Of a stretch of 64,000 nt of DNA, positions 1 through 14,206 are shown one piece after another. Within the stretch, counting starts at the first letter, position 1, and every line of letters begins with the position of its first letter. The stretch is taken from assembly GCA_017499595.2 (NCBI GenBank), contig CM039001.1:3162001-3226000 (forward strand), given 5' to 3'. The notes beneath the pieces were generated by a model that searched no databases, was not told where the DNA came from, and saw only the letters and a program-made list of their open reading frames with translations. The stretch is from Psilocybe cubensis. Its lineage: Eukaryota. The position numbers and the translations under genes are program-made.

Positions 1-746
1 AAATGTTATGAGTACCTTCAGGTTATTCCCGACCATCATTTTGAGCACAAGGAAGAGTTCCCCATTAGAGATGTAACCGTCCCTATCGACATCGTATACA
101 TTGAAGGCAACTGAATTATTCATTGGTTCGAAGGAACAAAATTGAATTTTCGATGGTGTAGTTCAGGGATGAGAAAACAGTCAGAACAACCAGCAATACG
201 CGAACCAGACAATAAAAGCACAAACATTTGAGTTTCTCTTCTCTTCCTCCTCTACTGCTAAAAGCGCTGAGACCACCGACGAACTCCTGGAAGTCAACTG
301 TACCTCCACCACTGACAAATAACCATATTCGATGAGATTAGGAGCTTCAATATAATGACCTATGCTCACTCTTCGTCGAAGATGGCAATCATTCGGGATG
401 CAAGAGGATTGGTCGCAATCTGAGGAATTTGCAAGAATTCTTCGCGATCGATAGATCCAGACCCGTCGCTAAAGTTGGGGATGTTCATCGGTACACGAAA
501 ACACAGCATAACAAGAACTGGGGTACCTGTCCAACTTCATGAAGCGTTTCTTCAGTCTCTCCAATTCTGGTTGGGTGACTGTAGAGATGTCAAAGGTTAA
601 CCAAGTTCGTGGACGTCATAGCCTATCTCGACGAACAATTGGACCGCCTCTCCATATCCTCCATGAACTGCGAAGCTATATTGGCCACACAGTCAATACA
701 GACCTACAAACCAATCGCGGAATGAAAACGTACGTGATTGACCCAT
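1..746 (-). CDS. CNB1: Calcineurin B regulatory subunit (EF-hand), 5' part; gene runs off the window start; multi-exon
   Basis: Minus-strand exons translate to MGQS / [12 protein letters not shown] / [15 protein letters not shown] / [32 protein letters not shown] / [28 protein letters not shown] / [31 protein letters not shown], separated by GT-AG introns. The N-terminal MG fits the known myristoylation site. Missed by the ORF track because the exons are short. Confidence 0.96.
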
Positions 747-926
747 TTTGACGAATGAGACGTTTTTAAGATTCTATGCTTTGAAACTAAGAAGAAAGAG
801 GCCCAGACAGAGGTGGAAGAAGACAAGAATCAGGAGCTGAATGATAAGCTTAGCATCGGCATTGACGGTCGTGGGACTGCAGCCCACGTGAGTTCTGACT
901 GGACACAACGAAGCTCAGCTTTTTTC

Positions 927-2952
927 ATGACCACGATAGCCCGACATATAAACTCCTGGATTCATGCAACCACAAGACATAGCGCTGGAAATGTTGCGCA
1001 TGCTCACCAAAGCTGGGGGGTCTCCAGTGTTTTGACCAGGCATTTTCATAGAATCTCAAAGTCGAGCTCGAAATCTGGCCGTCACCAATTCAGCCCACTG
1101 TCTATTCCATACCCTATATACTGCGACAGAAATTTCAGCAACCTGGTGGCGACCACTGCACAAAAGGAAACCATATATGCCCTGTCAACACCTGCTGGGA
1201 AAGGTGGAGTCGCCATTGTACGCATCTCAGGGCCTGATGCTCTAGAGGTTTGGAAGAGCATGCTACATTCTCATGGCACGAACAAACCATTACGAGAACC
1301 CACTCCATGGAAATTGCAACGATGTCGAATTCTACATCCAGAGGATGGATCTTTGATAGACGATGGTTTAGCTGTATATTTTCGAGGTATAGTGACGCTA
1401 TGTTCGATTTGCAGAATGTTGACAGTGAACTATAGCTCCTTACTCATACACAACATTTCCAACTGTGGAACTACATATTCACTCCGGCAGAGCGCTGATT
1501 TCTGCACTTCTTTCTGCACTTTCCTCGTTTCCACAGTTGCGGCCCGCGGAGCCAGGAGAATTTACACGACAAGCACTTCTTGGAGGCCGCCTTGATCTTA
1601 CCCAAGTCGAGGGCCTGCACGACCTAATTGAAGCTGACACTGAAGTGCAGAGGGTCTGGGCATTGGGCGGAGCTGGGGTAAGTACTTTTACTTTACCTTC
1701 CCGGATTATCACTCATTTTCTGTTTAGGGAGAAACTCGATCTGAGTATGACGCTCTGCGAAACAAGATAATCCATTGTTTATCCCAAATAGAAGCCTTGA
1801 TAGACTTTGGAGAAGGTGAAGACATAGAAGCAGGGGTATACGCACAAGGTACTTTGGCTATTTCATTGGGCCATTTCACTTCTCTCATGTTCAGGTTAGC
1901 ACAAATTGAAGCTTCGGAGCTTCTTGTGACAATCCAAAAGCATTTATCAGATAGCCGACGCGGAGAACTGATTCGTTCTGGCATAAAAATGGCTATTTTT
2001 GGCCCCCCAAACGCAGGGAAAAGCAGTTTGTTCAATTACTTAGGTATTCAACTTTGGTTGTCTTTTCTCTACGTCAAAACACTGATGATATCATCTCAGC
2101 TAATCGTCAGGCAGCAATTGTTACGCCCATTCCAGGAACAACCCGAGATGTACTGGAGCTTACACTTGACATTGGGGGATTACCTGTCGTCGTGGCTGAC
2201 ACAGCCGGTATTCGAGCAACACAAGACACCGTAGAAGTTATCGGTGTGCAACGAGGAATCAGCGCGTATGTTTTTAAGATATCATAGTTGCTTAACTACC
2301 CTGCTCATTGATCATCACAGAGTCAAAGCTGCCGATGTATCTGTTTGTGTCCTTCCCTTGCCTGAAGCTCTAGCAGCGTTCGACAATGGGAAGCCCATAA
2401 TCCCAGAAGATATTCAGAATCATGTCACATCATCGACCTATTTTCTATTTAACAAGACTGACCTAGTAAGCGACCGAGATAACCAAGATGTACGAGCTGT
2501 ATACCGCTCCAATGGCTTGGCAGGTAGGGCATGGAGCGCTAGTTTAACCGATGGCAAAGGAACCCACGCGTTTGTGCAGGGTCTCTCCACGGCTCTTAAA
2601 TCTCAGTAAGTTGAATAACTTTCGGTGTTTAAATGATATAATTGAATGCTCCTAGGTTTGAAATTGACGATTTAAAACACCATGCTCCCCTCATAACACG
2701 TGCCCGGCATCGAGTGCACCTGGAATCAGCGTGCAGGTTCCTGGAAGCTTTTCTCGCTTTACGTGCGCCTTTCTATATTTTATCTGCTATGCCTTTATTT
2801 ACTTTTGCGACTATATTCTAGCCCCTGAAGATGTTGTGTTGGCTGCTGAAGAGCTGAGGTATGCTGCCCAGGCAGTTGGGCGTGTCACTGGTGTTATTGG
2901 TGTTGAAGATGTTTTGGACGCCCTTTTCCGTGACTTTTGCATCGGAAAGTAG
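927..2952 (+). CDS. MSS1: Mitochondrial tRNA modification GTPase MnmE/TrmE (MSS1/GTPBP3), multi-exon
   Basis: Motifs [43 protein letters not shown]-loop [23 protein letters not shown] and C-terminal FCIGK. The N-terminus from ATG 927 is Arg/Ser/His-rich like a mitochondrial presequence; the start is inferred. Confidence 0.95.
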
Positions 2953-3199
2953 AGCAGAAGATATATGGCGCGGACGCGTTCTAAGTTTTCAATTTGGTAT
3001 CTGAGTCATGCCCTGTTAATGGCAGAGCGTACAGCATACGCTTTTTGACTTGTTGGACAATTCTAATATTTACCACGAAAGAAGAAATGCAGAGAAAAGA
3101 GCGCACAGCCCTCATACTTCAAAGTACGATAAATAATAAACGAGGAAACTGACAGAGTGGAAGTAAATAAATAAAAAATGTAGAATAAGAATGACTAGA

Positions 3200-4426
3200 C
3201 AATTTGCAGGTTCTATAGACGTTATCGATTGTGTAATCTGAAGGAACTAAACGTACTCACCACAACCGTATAAAAGATCGGATATTGATCCAAAGGGTAC
3301 CCTGCTGCGATTTGGATGCTCATCAAATAACCTATATATGCTGATACGTCAGGTAAACCTAAAAGCTGGGGACCATCAGGGTAGTGATAGGACGATGTCA
3401 CTGAAACGGTGGTGATGTCGGTTGTGGCTGTTGATTAAAGGAATTATCAACCATCATCACACTCCAGGAAGTATAGGCTGTAAACTTACAGAAATCATGG
3501 TTGACCCACTTCACAACACCGGGACCCCACTACCCAAATACGAGCTTGGTAAGTAACACTCAATAAATGAGAAATTACTGACAATATCGGTTTCATAGAC
3601 CCAAACGTGACCCATCTCAGTTACAACGATAGTTTTAGGAGGGCTTCCGGGGCCGGCTACATGTGTTGTAACGTAAAAGGTGGTGAATGGTTAGTTTTAA
3701 TCCTGCGACTAGAGATAGTGAATGTCTGAATGTACCACTTACCAGGTTCCACCACATTTCTAAGGCATAATGCGCTGGAAACAGAGAGGTAAGAAATTGT
3801 TACGTGTTGTTGCTATAATGATAGCTTTCCATACGTTAGAGATCCGGACCCCAATACTAGTGTGGAAGCTTCTTGGGCAGTCATTGCTGCGCAACTTGAC
3901 CAAGCCAGAGTGCTCTTAATATGCACGCTGGTAAGTCAATAGAATTTTTGAAGGACGTAGAATTGACTTGCCCCGCCGACAGTCTGCACTCGGCTGGTAC
4001 TCGTAGCTGAGAAACCCGCCTGAGGGACAATGAGGATTGCTGGAGTATCGTCCGAGCTAACTGCCCACTCTATAGTCTGTTCGCGATATACCAAGCTTCC
4101 AATGCTTGTTCCAAATTCATCGGTCGCTCCAATAGTGGCAGATACAGTAGGAATAGGAGATGTTTGGCGGCGCATTGCCGTGGCTTAAGCACTTGCGTTA
4201 AAATATAGCGTATTAGGGAGCCGGAAAACGTACATCTTCTAGTGGGCTTCCTAGTTGTGAGCTCACGAGCATATTTTTGAGCCTTTGTCTCAAATTTTGG
4301 AGACGGGGGGGCTTTCTTCTTAATAGAGAATCGTTTCACTGGGCCGGGTTTTGCGTCGACACTGCTAACAGTGAGTCCAAGTAGAATACCTCCTACAAGG
4401 AGCAGGATGAGGCGCTGAAGGTGCAT
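3200..4426 (-). CDS. Small secreted protein, multi-exon (3' end approximate)
   Basis: Signal peptide MHLQRLILLLVGGILLGLTVSSVDA, then a basic pro-region FETKAQKYARELTTRKPTRR / AMRRQTSPIP. Further short exons lie between GT-AG introns down to about 3200-3260. Confidence 0.6.
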
Positions 4427-5604
4427 AGCTCTCAAGAACAAAAAAAAATTGGCGCCGCTTTATACCAAAGACATTCAGGCTTTAAGGCAAAAAAATAATA
4501 TGGTTCAAGTGCTACGAAAGGAGCAGCTTTTATCAATGCTTGCATGTATCACTGAAAAGCTCCATTGCGAGAGAAACCAGATCTAAGGAAGAGTACAACA
4601 ACGTTAGTCTTTGCCATGAATGGTAGTTAAATTTTTGAGTGGAATAAGGGCATCATGGAGCAATTATCAATGTGAAGAATCTTGTAAAACTTGTTTTAGT
4701 CAGAATCGTGGTTGAATCGAAACAAGGAAGAATATAAACTCAGCGCGAGCCTTTATTTAAGCTTTAAGCCTCAAGCTTCAAGCTTCAGAGCTTCAGACTT
4801 TACCTGCTATTTTAGCTATACAGTTCTATCCAATCACAGTAGGGTCCATTAGTTCTCCAATGAACATTACCTCTGGGCTGAGTTTGAGTCACATAGATAT
4901 TACAATAGCCATTCTCTTCTATTCAGAAACACCAGAAACACGAGAAGCCTCATAGAAACCCCAACATTCATACAATCGCTATGAATGTTTTGACGAACGA
5001 ATGTTCGAAATGCCGATTCGGCCGATCAGGTAGGAGCTTGTATTCTTATGCGGGCCGTGTAGGTGCAACTTGGCTCGAAAAGGCAAAAAGTAGCGAATGA
5101 ACAAGATACAGGCCCAAATACCTCTGTATAATGTAGTTCCCTACACATAGTACAACTGATATGAATAAGTTTATTTCTTGTATCTTATAGTACTCTCAGT
5201 GTCCTAACTTCGTGTTCATAAACGTCAAATATGATATCTCTTCCAGTAAGTCCTGGTAATCATGAAACCACTTGAAAACTCACTGAATGGGCTTTAAAGG
5301 TGTAAGTTAAAAATGTTATCGCAAAGAAATTTGACAATCCAGTCTATTAAATAACATGGAGGCAATCAACAACTGATTCCAAGGCAACTGGACATCGGCA
5401 CGACACGGCAGTCCAAGAAAGCAAGGTCGGACTTTAAACCTCCGATAAATGTTAGAAAGTTAGAAACCCCTTGGGCATCCAGGGGTTTCAGAGGTTTCTG
5501 AATAGAATAATCCGTATATTAGATACGTACACACGAGTTGTCCGTGAAGCTAGTGTTATGAAGCCATTTAAAAGAACATATTGAAAAATACAGGTGCAAG
5601 CGGT

Positions 5605-6575
5605 TTAGACCTGGGGGTATGGGCTTGTCGTTTGCGTTTGTGGGGTACCTGCTGGGGGACTCTGGGGAGGATATTGAGGGGAGAAGGTAGGTGAAATCTT
5701 TTGTTCGACTACGCCGCTTCCAGCTCCAGCGCCCTCATGGTCAAAGTCCGTTTCTGCAATATAACCAGTCCAAACGTTGGAATTTCCCCGCATATGTTGT
5801 CTGATCACAAGGAAGAACAAGAAAATGTTGAATGCGAGCACTACATGATGGGCGTTAGCTACGTGCGTCACAAATTGCAAAAGCTCATATGCGCACAAAT
5901 AAACCAGGTCAAAAATCCAAAGGCGGTGAGAGCCTTCATCTCACCACACACGGTCTTCAAACCAATGTCGGCGTAGAAATCCACTGTGAGAAGCATGAGG
6001 CTTAAGAATTGACGCTCAGCATACTTGAACTTACCAACGAAATTATTGTCGCAAGCTGCAATGAAATTTGTGCCTGCAGCAGAACCTCCGACAGCTACCC
6101 ACAGAACCCATAAAACGACTATAAAATGTAAATATCAATATCATGTAGCGCACATGTATTCCGATGTACGGGCTCACAAGTCCAAATTGCCTCAATAATA
6201 ACTAAGTTTACAATGGCCCCTTTGCGTGTGCGAGAAAAGAATAGCCTGTGATCATGTCAGGTGAGTTGAGTGGTTTATCATAATATAGAGGTACCACCTA
6301 CATGACAGGCAGTGTGAGGAACGTCAGAATTCCTGTTGCAATCGCCAAAGCAGCGAACGAGAAGTATCCGCCCAAAACGAGCTTGGTCTCCGTCCAATTT
6401 ATAATTGCAGCACCCAGAGCAAGCTCCAGCAGAGCAAACAGTGTAGCAACGGCTGTAAAACGAGAGATTGCGTTAGATTTCAGCTGCAGCGTCCCAACCG
6501 CGAGATATAATAAATATCCTTACCATAGGCCACCGTCCTTACGAGCCCAAACGTCTGAGTAATTCCTTGTGACAT
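5605..6575 (-). CDS. MARVEL-like four-TM membrane protein with a Pro/Gln-rich C-terminal tail, multi-exon
   Basis: Exons MSQGITQTFGLVRTVAY / AVATLFALLELALGAAII..FAALAIATGILTFLTLPVM / IIEAIW / VLWVLWVAVGG / CGEMKALTAFGFLTWF, ending SPQYPPQSPPAGTPQTQTTSPYPQV*. Confidence 0.7.
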
Positions 6576-9268
6576 CCCTTCGTCGTGCTGCTCGTAATAA
6601 TCTAACGGAGTTGAGAAACGTTTAGATTACCAAGTATGAAGGAGGGGGGCGAACTGATGGGTTGGATTGTTCTGTAAGGGTCCCTTTTATAACTTCGGTG
6701 GAGCTTCGTAGTGGCGCTTTACTACATTCCTTTTTGGGATTGATGATCAGGGGCACCACCCGCTAAGTACACCAACTGACGAGAAGTTACAACTCATAAA
6801 AATTAAGGTTATGTTCCTGGCTCAAAATTCGGCTGAGTCCTGGCACTGCCACCTAAAAATGGTTTGCGGAGCCCGGGCGGTGCAGGTCTTAATTTCAAGC
6901 ATTAGAAGAATATACCTGATAAATCCCAGACCGGAACTTATTCCATGATTTCAAGACCTCTGGTCATCGATTGCAACATTCTCTGATATTATTATCGTTG
7001 TTTTTTGAAGAAATCTATATAGTTCATGTATCAAGGTATCATCTATATTATGTGACAAGACCAATGCCAACTGTCCCTGCAATGATTGATAACAATCCGA
7101 GGTATTCTTTCGCACAAATAGCAACGTATGTATCAATCCTATTATTGCTGTGTTGCCGATGATCGATGATGCCAGGGATTTTGGCAGGATGTCCGGAACT
7201 ACGGAATGTCTTCAAAGGGAGTCCTTGACTTGGGTGTCGCCATTGGAGAAAAGGAAGGATGTAAAGGCAATCTAACTCGCTCTTGATCGGAGCTAATAGT
7301 CATCGGCTCTTTACATGCCCTCAACATAAGTCTTGGCGCGAAGCTGAAAACGACACCCAAGACCTCACTCTTGAACTGCCTTTGACGCGTCGTGCAACCA
7401 AGAGAAGTCAGCAGGTCCCCGCAACAATCCAGACCGGTCTCTAGCGGAGACTGTGAGCTGTGCGTCTGATAACACGAACGGAATCCTTTTTACTTATAGA
7501 TCATGCCACTGTTAGTATCAAAAGGACTGAAGCATAAATCTCGAGCCACAGTGGTCATAAGAACATCCCATGAGGAAGCTATAGTAACGATGCCGGATTT
7601 TATCTGAGTTTGTGCCGACAGTGGGAAAACGATACTAATCTCATACAGCGCCCTTGACTTGTCAGTCGTAATCGCGCCCGCCGTCAAATCTGCGCCAAGA
7701 TAGCCTTTCTAACCCTTCATTCCTTACCCTGCCTATCTGCCACTGAATTCTTGCTGATGCTGAACTACTAGTGAAATAGTAAGTTGTACCTTGTATTCGA
7801 CTTAAAGTATGATCTATACACTGAGCACGGAGACATAGAGATTACAAAACACAGAAACAGGATTTCCACAGTACTAGTGCTCAAAGCAAAACTACCAAAA
7901 AAGTGAGGAGAAAATCCGGAAAGTAACCCGCGGTGGAATCGGGTGTTACAACCCCGACCAAATCGAATTTCAATCAGTCATAAGCGCTCGAGTTGAATTG
8001 GTGATCGGCGGATTCTGGGCGCCTATTACTAGCAAGTAGGCAAAATCACAAGTCGCAAGAAATTAGATTTGCATTTAATGACAACCCTGGATATTCAGAC
8101 GTATTCCGAAGGATTGAAGATCTAATACAGTTGCATTGAGGTAACACTTTGACGACGGTAGCAATTTAAATCATAAATGTATGTATTGCCAGTGGAATTC
8201 TAGCGTGTTCCCTGGTGTTATCCAACGTCGAGTAATGCTATATAAGCAAGTAAGCTAATATGGGAGAACGTCCAGCAGAGAACCCGTTCTCAGGGTGTTT
8301 TCTCCAGCGAGTGCTTCGGTCTGCACCAAAATTGAGCTTTTAAAGGCTAACTCCTTGATCATAGTTTGATCTTGCAGCATTCAAAAAAAGACATCCAACT
8401 TGGCTCCGTGATGTGCTTATAGATTGCAAGGTTAACGTGTTAATAATTTGATATGGTTGCCTATAACCGACTTGCAACGAAGCCACTCAAAGGCAGCATC
8501 ATGCGTAATGGTGACCAAAGGAATGCAAAAGGAACACCTAAGCTGCGGCAAGATATGGCATTCACTGAGGTTCCGACTCGCAGACGAGGACGAGATAGTC
8601 CTGCTTGACAACGGCATGTTCGTCAAAAACAGCCAAATTGGAAAAGTTGACACCGATCATCATGGACTGACTGACATCCAACTTTCCATGATACGTCCTT
8701 CCACCGACATTCAACCATATGACGTGCAGTCCGAAGCAAAAGGTGGCAACCTTTTCTTTCACACACACAGGGAGAAACAGTTGGTTGTTCTCAAAATAAT
8801 CATGGCAGACATTTTGACGGTTAAATGACGCAGGGCGGGAAAGAAAATATCGCCGTGTCTTGTAGTTGTATATATTTGAGGCATTATATTCCGACTTCTC
8901 AAGCTTCAGGCCTCAGGGCCGAAGGTGACAGGCGATGGCACGTGTGGGGAATGTTAATGAGCGAGCAAAGTGTCAATTTGCATCAAAAATTTCCTAAACT
9001 GCATTGGTATAAAGTCGTCAATAAGTTAAGTAACCCAAACCTCGAACAAATTGTTCTTGGTGCCTTAAACGGTATAAAATCTACGCCATCTCTTCGTTCA
9101 CAACCTCCAATTCCAGCAAAAAGTCACGGAAACAGCGGATAGAACGAACAACTGGCAATATGTGAAAGGAAAACGAAAAAGCGGCCACGAACGAATATGC
9201 GTTTCAGTCTCTCCCCTATCCCTTCGGATCCTCAACACGAAAACACAGAACTCCTATCGGTGATACCT

Positions 9269-9865
9269 TTACTGTGCATCAGGTTCACCAACTGGCTCGA
9301 TTTCATGGAGTGTATCGTCGACAGGGGCCTGCCTAGTAAGCATCGAGGCAATATCAAACCACTTATTAGACCCCTCTACGATATGCACTTCTCCGGTCTG
9401 CACTACGAGTTCCAACCGAGCGTGGCGTGCAGCCAAACTGTGCGTGACAAGATGGCATACAAGGATGAACATCACGACAAGAACAAAAAGGACAGAGCGC
9501 AGTCGCAGGCTGGGGGAACTGAGGATTTTAGCCGATGATAGACGCTGGCGCACGGTAGGCTTGGGTTCAGCAGCGAGGAATGCAATGGAGAAATCGCGGG
9601 TGTTGGTGGGAGAGGATGGGGTGACAATGATGGCTGGAAGAGGTGACTTCTCAGGCAGTGGCAGGGATAGGTCTGCAATACAGCGCAACATCAGTACCCG
9701 CCAAAGTCAGATTGTATTGAAGGATGTACCAAGAGGCGCAGGAATGAGCTTGAAATCGGTACGCTGGGGTAGACGGTGCACACGGGGACCTGGGTAGAGA
9801 CACAAGAGCATGATCAGTCAAGGCGATGGGTCCCATAAGAGAGTTAGCGTACCTCCTCGAGACAT
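9269..9865 (-). CDS. Hypothetical single-TM protein, 3 exons
   Basis: Spliced model MSRG|GPRVHRLPQRTDFKLIPAPL|DLSLPLPEKSPLPAIIVTPSSP...LRSVLFVLVVMFILVCHLV... Two canonical GT-AG introns join in frame. Confidence 0.7.
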
Positions 9866-10377
9866 GGCGTGATATATGTAGAAAAGCAAAGGTTTCGTGC
9901 AGCTACGATTTACAGTAACCTCGAACTGGGCGAGAAGTTGGCAACGGACTTGAACGAAGTACGAATAGAGGCTGGCTACGTCGGGACCGTAGTAACGAAG
10001 AAAGAAAGGTGAATGTGGTCTTAAAGGTAACGAATGTGGGGCAGCTGAATAGCTGGTGGAGATAGCGAGAGAGAAGAGGCGGATAGCGAGGCCAAATGGC
10101 AAAACAGAGAAAAGTTGAGGTAAGTAATGAGTATAAAATGGGTCCCTTCACAGAAGGTCAGAAGCAGATCAACGGAGTTTGCCAAGTTTCGCACTCACGT
10201 AACGAGGGGCTCCTCGTGGCTTGTTTGTTCCTGACAAATGGAAATTAAGTAATGGAGATAAAGTAAAAAAGTAGCAAGTTAATTATCTAGGGAAGCAAAG
10301 CTAGTGCTACAATCGGAACAAGGCTGCAAAGGCGTTCTTTAATACTTCAATATCGATTTTGAGTTTCTTACAGTCAG

Positions 10378-12051
10378 TCAAAAGTTGGACTTCATTTTCA
10401 GTTCTTGCACACAGGCGACAGATCTCGAGCGTTTAAGACACCACGACCAGTCATGTTTCTGAGGTGGAAAAAAAGGGTCCTGCCAATCTAGTTAAGAGAA
10501 ATGACACACATAAGCCGGGAACAAGTGCTCTTACTGGGCGGAGTTCAACAAGATACTGTAACCGATCTTTAACATCTCGCGCCACGACTCCAAATACTTC
10601 CTATAAGAGAAAATAGAGACATCAGCCTTTTGATTCAGCAAAAGCCGCAGCATTCATACCTTCTGCCAATACATGATATCTCTCGTTCGAATCTCATCGA
10701 CATATAACCACGCTAATTGCTTGGAACGAGATTTGAATTCATAGCCTCTTTTATGCCTTTTTCTCTCTGCTTGTCGATCCAGGTATCGATGCCAATTTTT
10801 CCACCGGTGATAGTCTTCATCCTCGTAAACTGGATGGACCGTGCCCCGGCGAATGGCCGCCCAAGACTCACGACTCTATCAATTGAATTAGTGTAAAAAT
10901 GATAGCAATTTAAACATTTTGATATCTCAACAAACCCTAGAATGTTCCCCGCCAGAAAAAGACTGGGATTGCAATTCCAAAGGTTGTCGTTCTCTAGAGC
11001 TCATCTCGAGGGTGTACTCCATGCCATACCATTCATCTGGGCCCTCAGTCGCAACTAAGGATTCGGAATTATGATCGCAGCCAATATCTTGGTCCACGTC
11101 CTATACGGAAAAAATGATATTTGGGGTTTGTGTGCTTGAGTTATACAAATATTAATTGCTTACATTAATCCTTTCCGGTTTTTTGCCTTCTTTGATTTCA
11201 TATAGATATGGACTAGTATAAATCGCGCCATCTTCAACATCTTCAGCAGCGATATTCTCCGATGCATCCAATATTGTGAATCTTGAAGAGAAGCGGGAAG
11301 GACATAAAGCAGATAAAGATGGTTCCAGTAGGGGGCCAAGATTTTTTCCAGCCAAATCAGGGGTGAGAGGAGGTGTTTCCGAATCTCCAAAGCGGACGTG
11401 AGTTTGTGGTATTGAGTAGCTTTCTGAAGGCGTAGAAAAAAAAGATCCATCCAACGAAGGCACAGAAGAAGGAAACATCGCAATTGAAGCCAGTGGGGCA
11501 GAGTTCATAGCAGTCACTGTGATCGAATTAGAGGCACCATCGAAGTCGCAAAAGTCATTTCTGTCGAAGAGATGTCGCATACGAGACAAACCGCCAAATG
11601 AATGCTGACTTTCTGAGAGAAATGTGGATATATGCGCCTTATGAGGTGGTTTGGTACTAGAATGTATGCCATTGAATGGCACATTGTTGTCAGGAGATGT
11701 TGTGAATTGGTGATTCCAGTAATAGTCTTGCCCAAGAGAATGACAGTCTGATGCATGAGGTGTAGTATCATTCTCAGTTTGCGCTATACAACTATCAGTC
11801 AATCCCAGAGTGGTTGATTGTTGGGTTGTATCGAGGTCTTTTCCAGTAGAACCACCGTCTGAAGAAGAATCGTTGCCCTCGTTGGACGACTTCGACGAGG
11901 ATATACTAGTGAAGAAGGACCCAACAGAGGACAGGGCGAGATGGTTGAAACTACGAAGTTTCGAGAATAGTGGCTGCTGAATGATATGAGGTCCACTTAA
12001 CTTCCCGCGTTGTCGACTAGTAACAATAGTATCATCTTCTTCCTGAGGCAT
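10378..12051 (-). CDS. Hypothetical protein (Ser-rich N-terminal region, charged Trp-containing C-terminal domain), multi-exon
   Basis: Long first exon (the 299-codon ORF), then spliced exons ..GPDEWYGMEYTLEMS.. / SRESWAAIRRGTVHPVYEDEDYHRWKNWHRYLDRQ.. / DPFFPPQKHDWSWCLKRSRSVACVQELKMKSNF*. Confidence 0.7.
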
Positions 12052-12280
12052 CTTGATTACTTGCGAACAAGAAGAACGGTCTGTAAAGAGTTTGAAGTGA
12101 CTCGGCTACACTGCAGATAGAGGGGGAGACAGTCCCAGCATTATGCCATCATGGTTCAAGCGATACAAAAAGGACATCAAACGCGTCTCGTAACAGACTT
12201 CATGATATCACGTGCCGTGACACACTTTGAGAAAAAAAAAATACGTTACAGTAGCTGGGATTGTACGTTGTCTTTTTTAC

Positions 12281-13851
12281 CTACTGGCGTCTGGCCTTTT
12301 TACCTTTCTGTATAGAGTTCCAATATCAGGATGTCTGTCATGGTTCACGAGTAAAGATAAGGACTAACCCTATCCCCGTCTGCCTCATATTCACGTTTGC
12401 GAGGTTTCGGATCCACCTGCATAGCATCATCGGAATCATCTTCATTGTCCTCTTCCTTAGCACCCGGGTCCAAGTCTACTGGCTGAATAGGCCAGGCGTT
12501 TATTTTACCGTCTTCTCCTCCGGTTACTAATGTTTGGTTCTATGAAGTAGATTGTCAGCAAGCACAACTTGGCAATTATGGCTGGTAAATTTGAGTTACC
12601 TTTTCGTCCCATACTAGGGCACGTACAACGCCGACGTGGCCATGTGTCCAGAGTTTGTGTAAACACCAAGGGGCATCGGGAACTGAGGTGTTCATGTTTG
12701 ATAACAGAGCGATATCGCCTCTGAACCGAATCGAAGTCATGGTGATTAAGTAGGCCTTTTAGGAACTCAAAAATTATGATACATACTCATTGGAGCCGGT
12801 GAATACACCAAGTTTGGGGCTTGACGTACTTGAACTGTGGGCTGTGATCAGGTAGTCTGTGACCCATGTCCGATGTTGATGGAGAACTGGCGAACGGATA
12901 TCTAGGCTTAAAAGTTGGTCCAACTATTGTGGTAATCAATATAGAATAGATAGATCGGAAAACGTCTGAACTGACATCACTTTTCCATGTGCTGAAAGTT
13001 TCCATATCACTTGCTGCCCATATTCCAGCAGCGTCAGACGAGGCGCCGGGTATCCAACCAGCCTGCGAAACACTGCATCCCCAATTGCCTACTTGGATGA
13101 CAGCCTCGTCTTCATCATCTTCATCGGCATTTGAAGTACATATGAGACCATCTGATGAGCCAGAAAGCAAAATGTTGTTATTTGAAGCGGGATCTCTGGA
13201 ACCGGCAAAAGAAACGGTGGTAACATCGTCCGAGTGAGTTGAAGAGTGTGTTCGCACTGGAGTCGCGGGTTGACGTGGATCCCTTTAATAAAAATTAGAT
13301 GAAGCAGGAAGGATGAAAAATAGACATACCAGTATAAAATTGAGGCATCTTCGCCCTTCAATTCGGTTCCAGCAACAACTGTTAATCCGTCCGGAGAAAC
13401 ATCGCAGCAAAGCAAGCCATGCCTGTCTCCAAGGTTGGTCACTGGAAACAAGAAATATCTTTATGAGTGGTCAGATAAACGAAACGCGGAATAAGGCTGT
13501 GTTTTTACTCTTGATACTGTGTGAATTCGATCGTTCGTCCCAGACTTTAACACTCCCGTCCTTTCCAGAGGAAACTAAGTATTCTTTGGCGAATCCGGCC
13601 ATATTCAACGTAGTGTGAACTGAAGTAGTCCCGACTTCATGTCCAGATAGAGTTTGTACGTGTTTTAATGTGGATTTGTCAATGATATCAATAACATTGA
13701 AAGGAGCAGAGGCCGATGCAGCATAGAAAGAAGATAAAGATGTTAATCCCAGAATATATCCCGATGATGTGGACGTTCTAGTAGTAGATCGGGGGGTATT
13801 TTTCTCCGTCAATTGTGGAGATTGTAGCAGAAGTCGATGTCGTTCAGCCAT
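12281..13851 (-). CDS. WD40-repeat protein, WDR89-like, multi-exon
   Basis: WD motifs LVSSGKDGSVKVWDER, HSSTHSDDVTTVSF..LLSGSSDGL, SDMETFSTW, HGHVGVVRALVWD; acidic/basic tail ending KGKKARRQ*. Confidence 0.85.
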
Positions 13852-14206
13852 TGAGAAAACAGAATTAAAATGACATGAAAAGATGTTGGAAGTTGAGAGC
13901 GAGATTTGATTGGCCAGATTGATCAGTCGAATGTAATTGCACTTGTTTATTCGAGTAGCTATTGCGTTTTGCAGAGTTTTGCCGAGCCTGCCGTCATTGT
14001 TCAATTTACAGTGCGCGTTGCTCACACTTGCACGTATTCATCAATATCCTGATACCCATGCCATTTTACATCTATCACAGGACTATATTGGCATGAATGA
14101 ATCATTGCGAATATTTATACTACCAGCATAAACCAGTCCTTTTGCCAGACGACCCGTGACACTATAGTGTGCAGCCAAGTTTCATCATCCTTAAGCAATT
14201 TAAAGG

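Noticed and set aside
4758-4800. Degenerate AAGCTTC tandem repeat
   Set aside because: A short low-complexity run with no spacers or recognisable function; not CRISPR-like.
8432-9142. Several 70-125 aa ORFs in the 6.6-9.2 kb gap
   Set aside because: No recognisable motifs or consistent splice structure; cannot be supported as genes.
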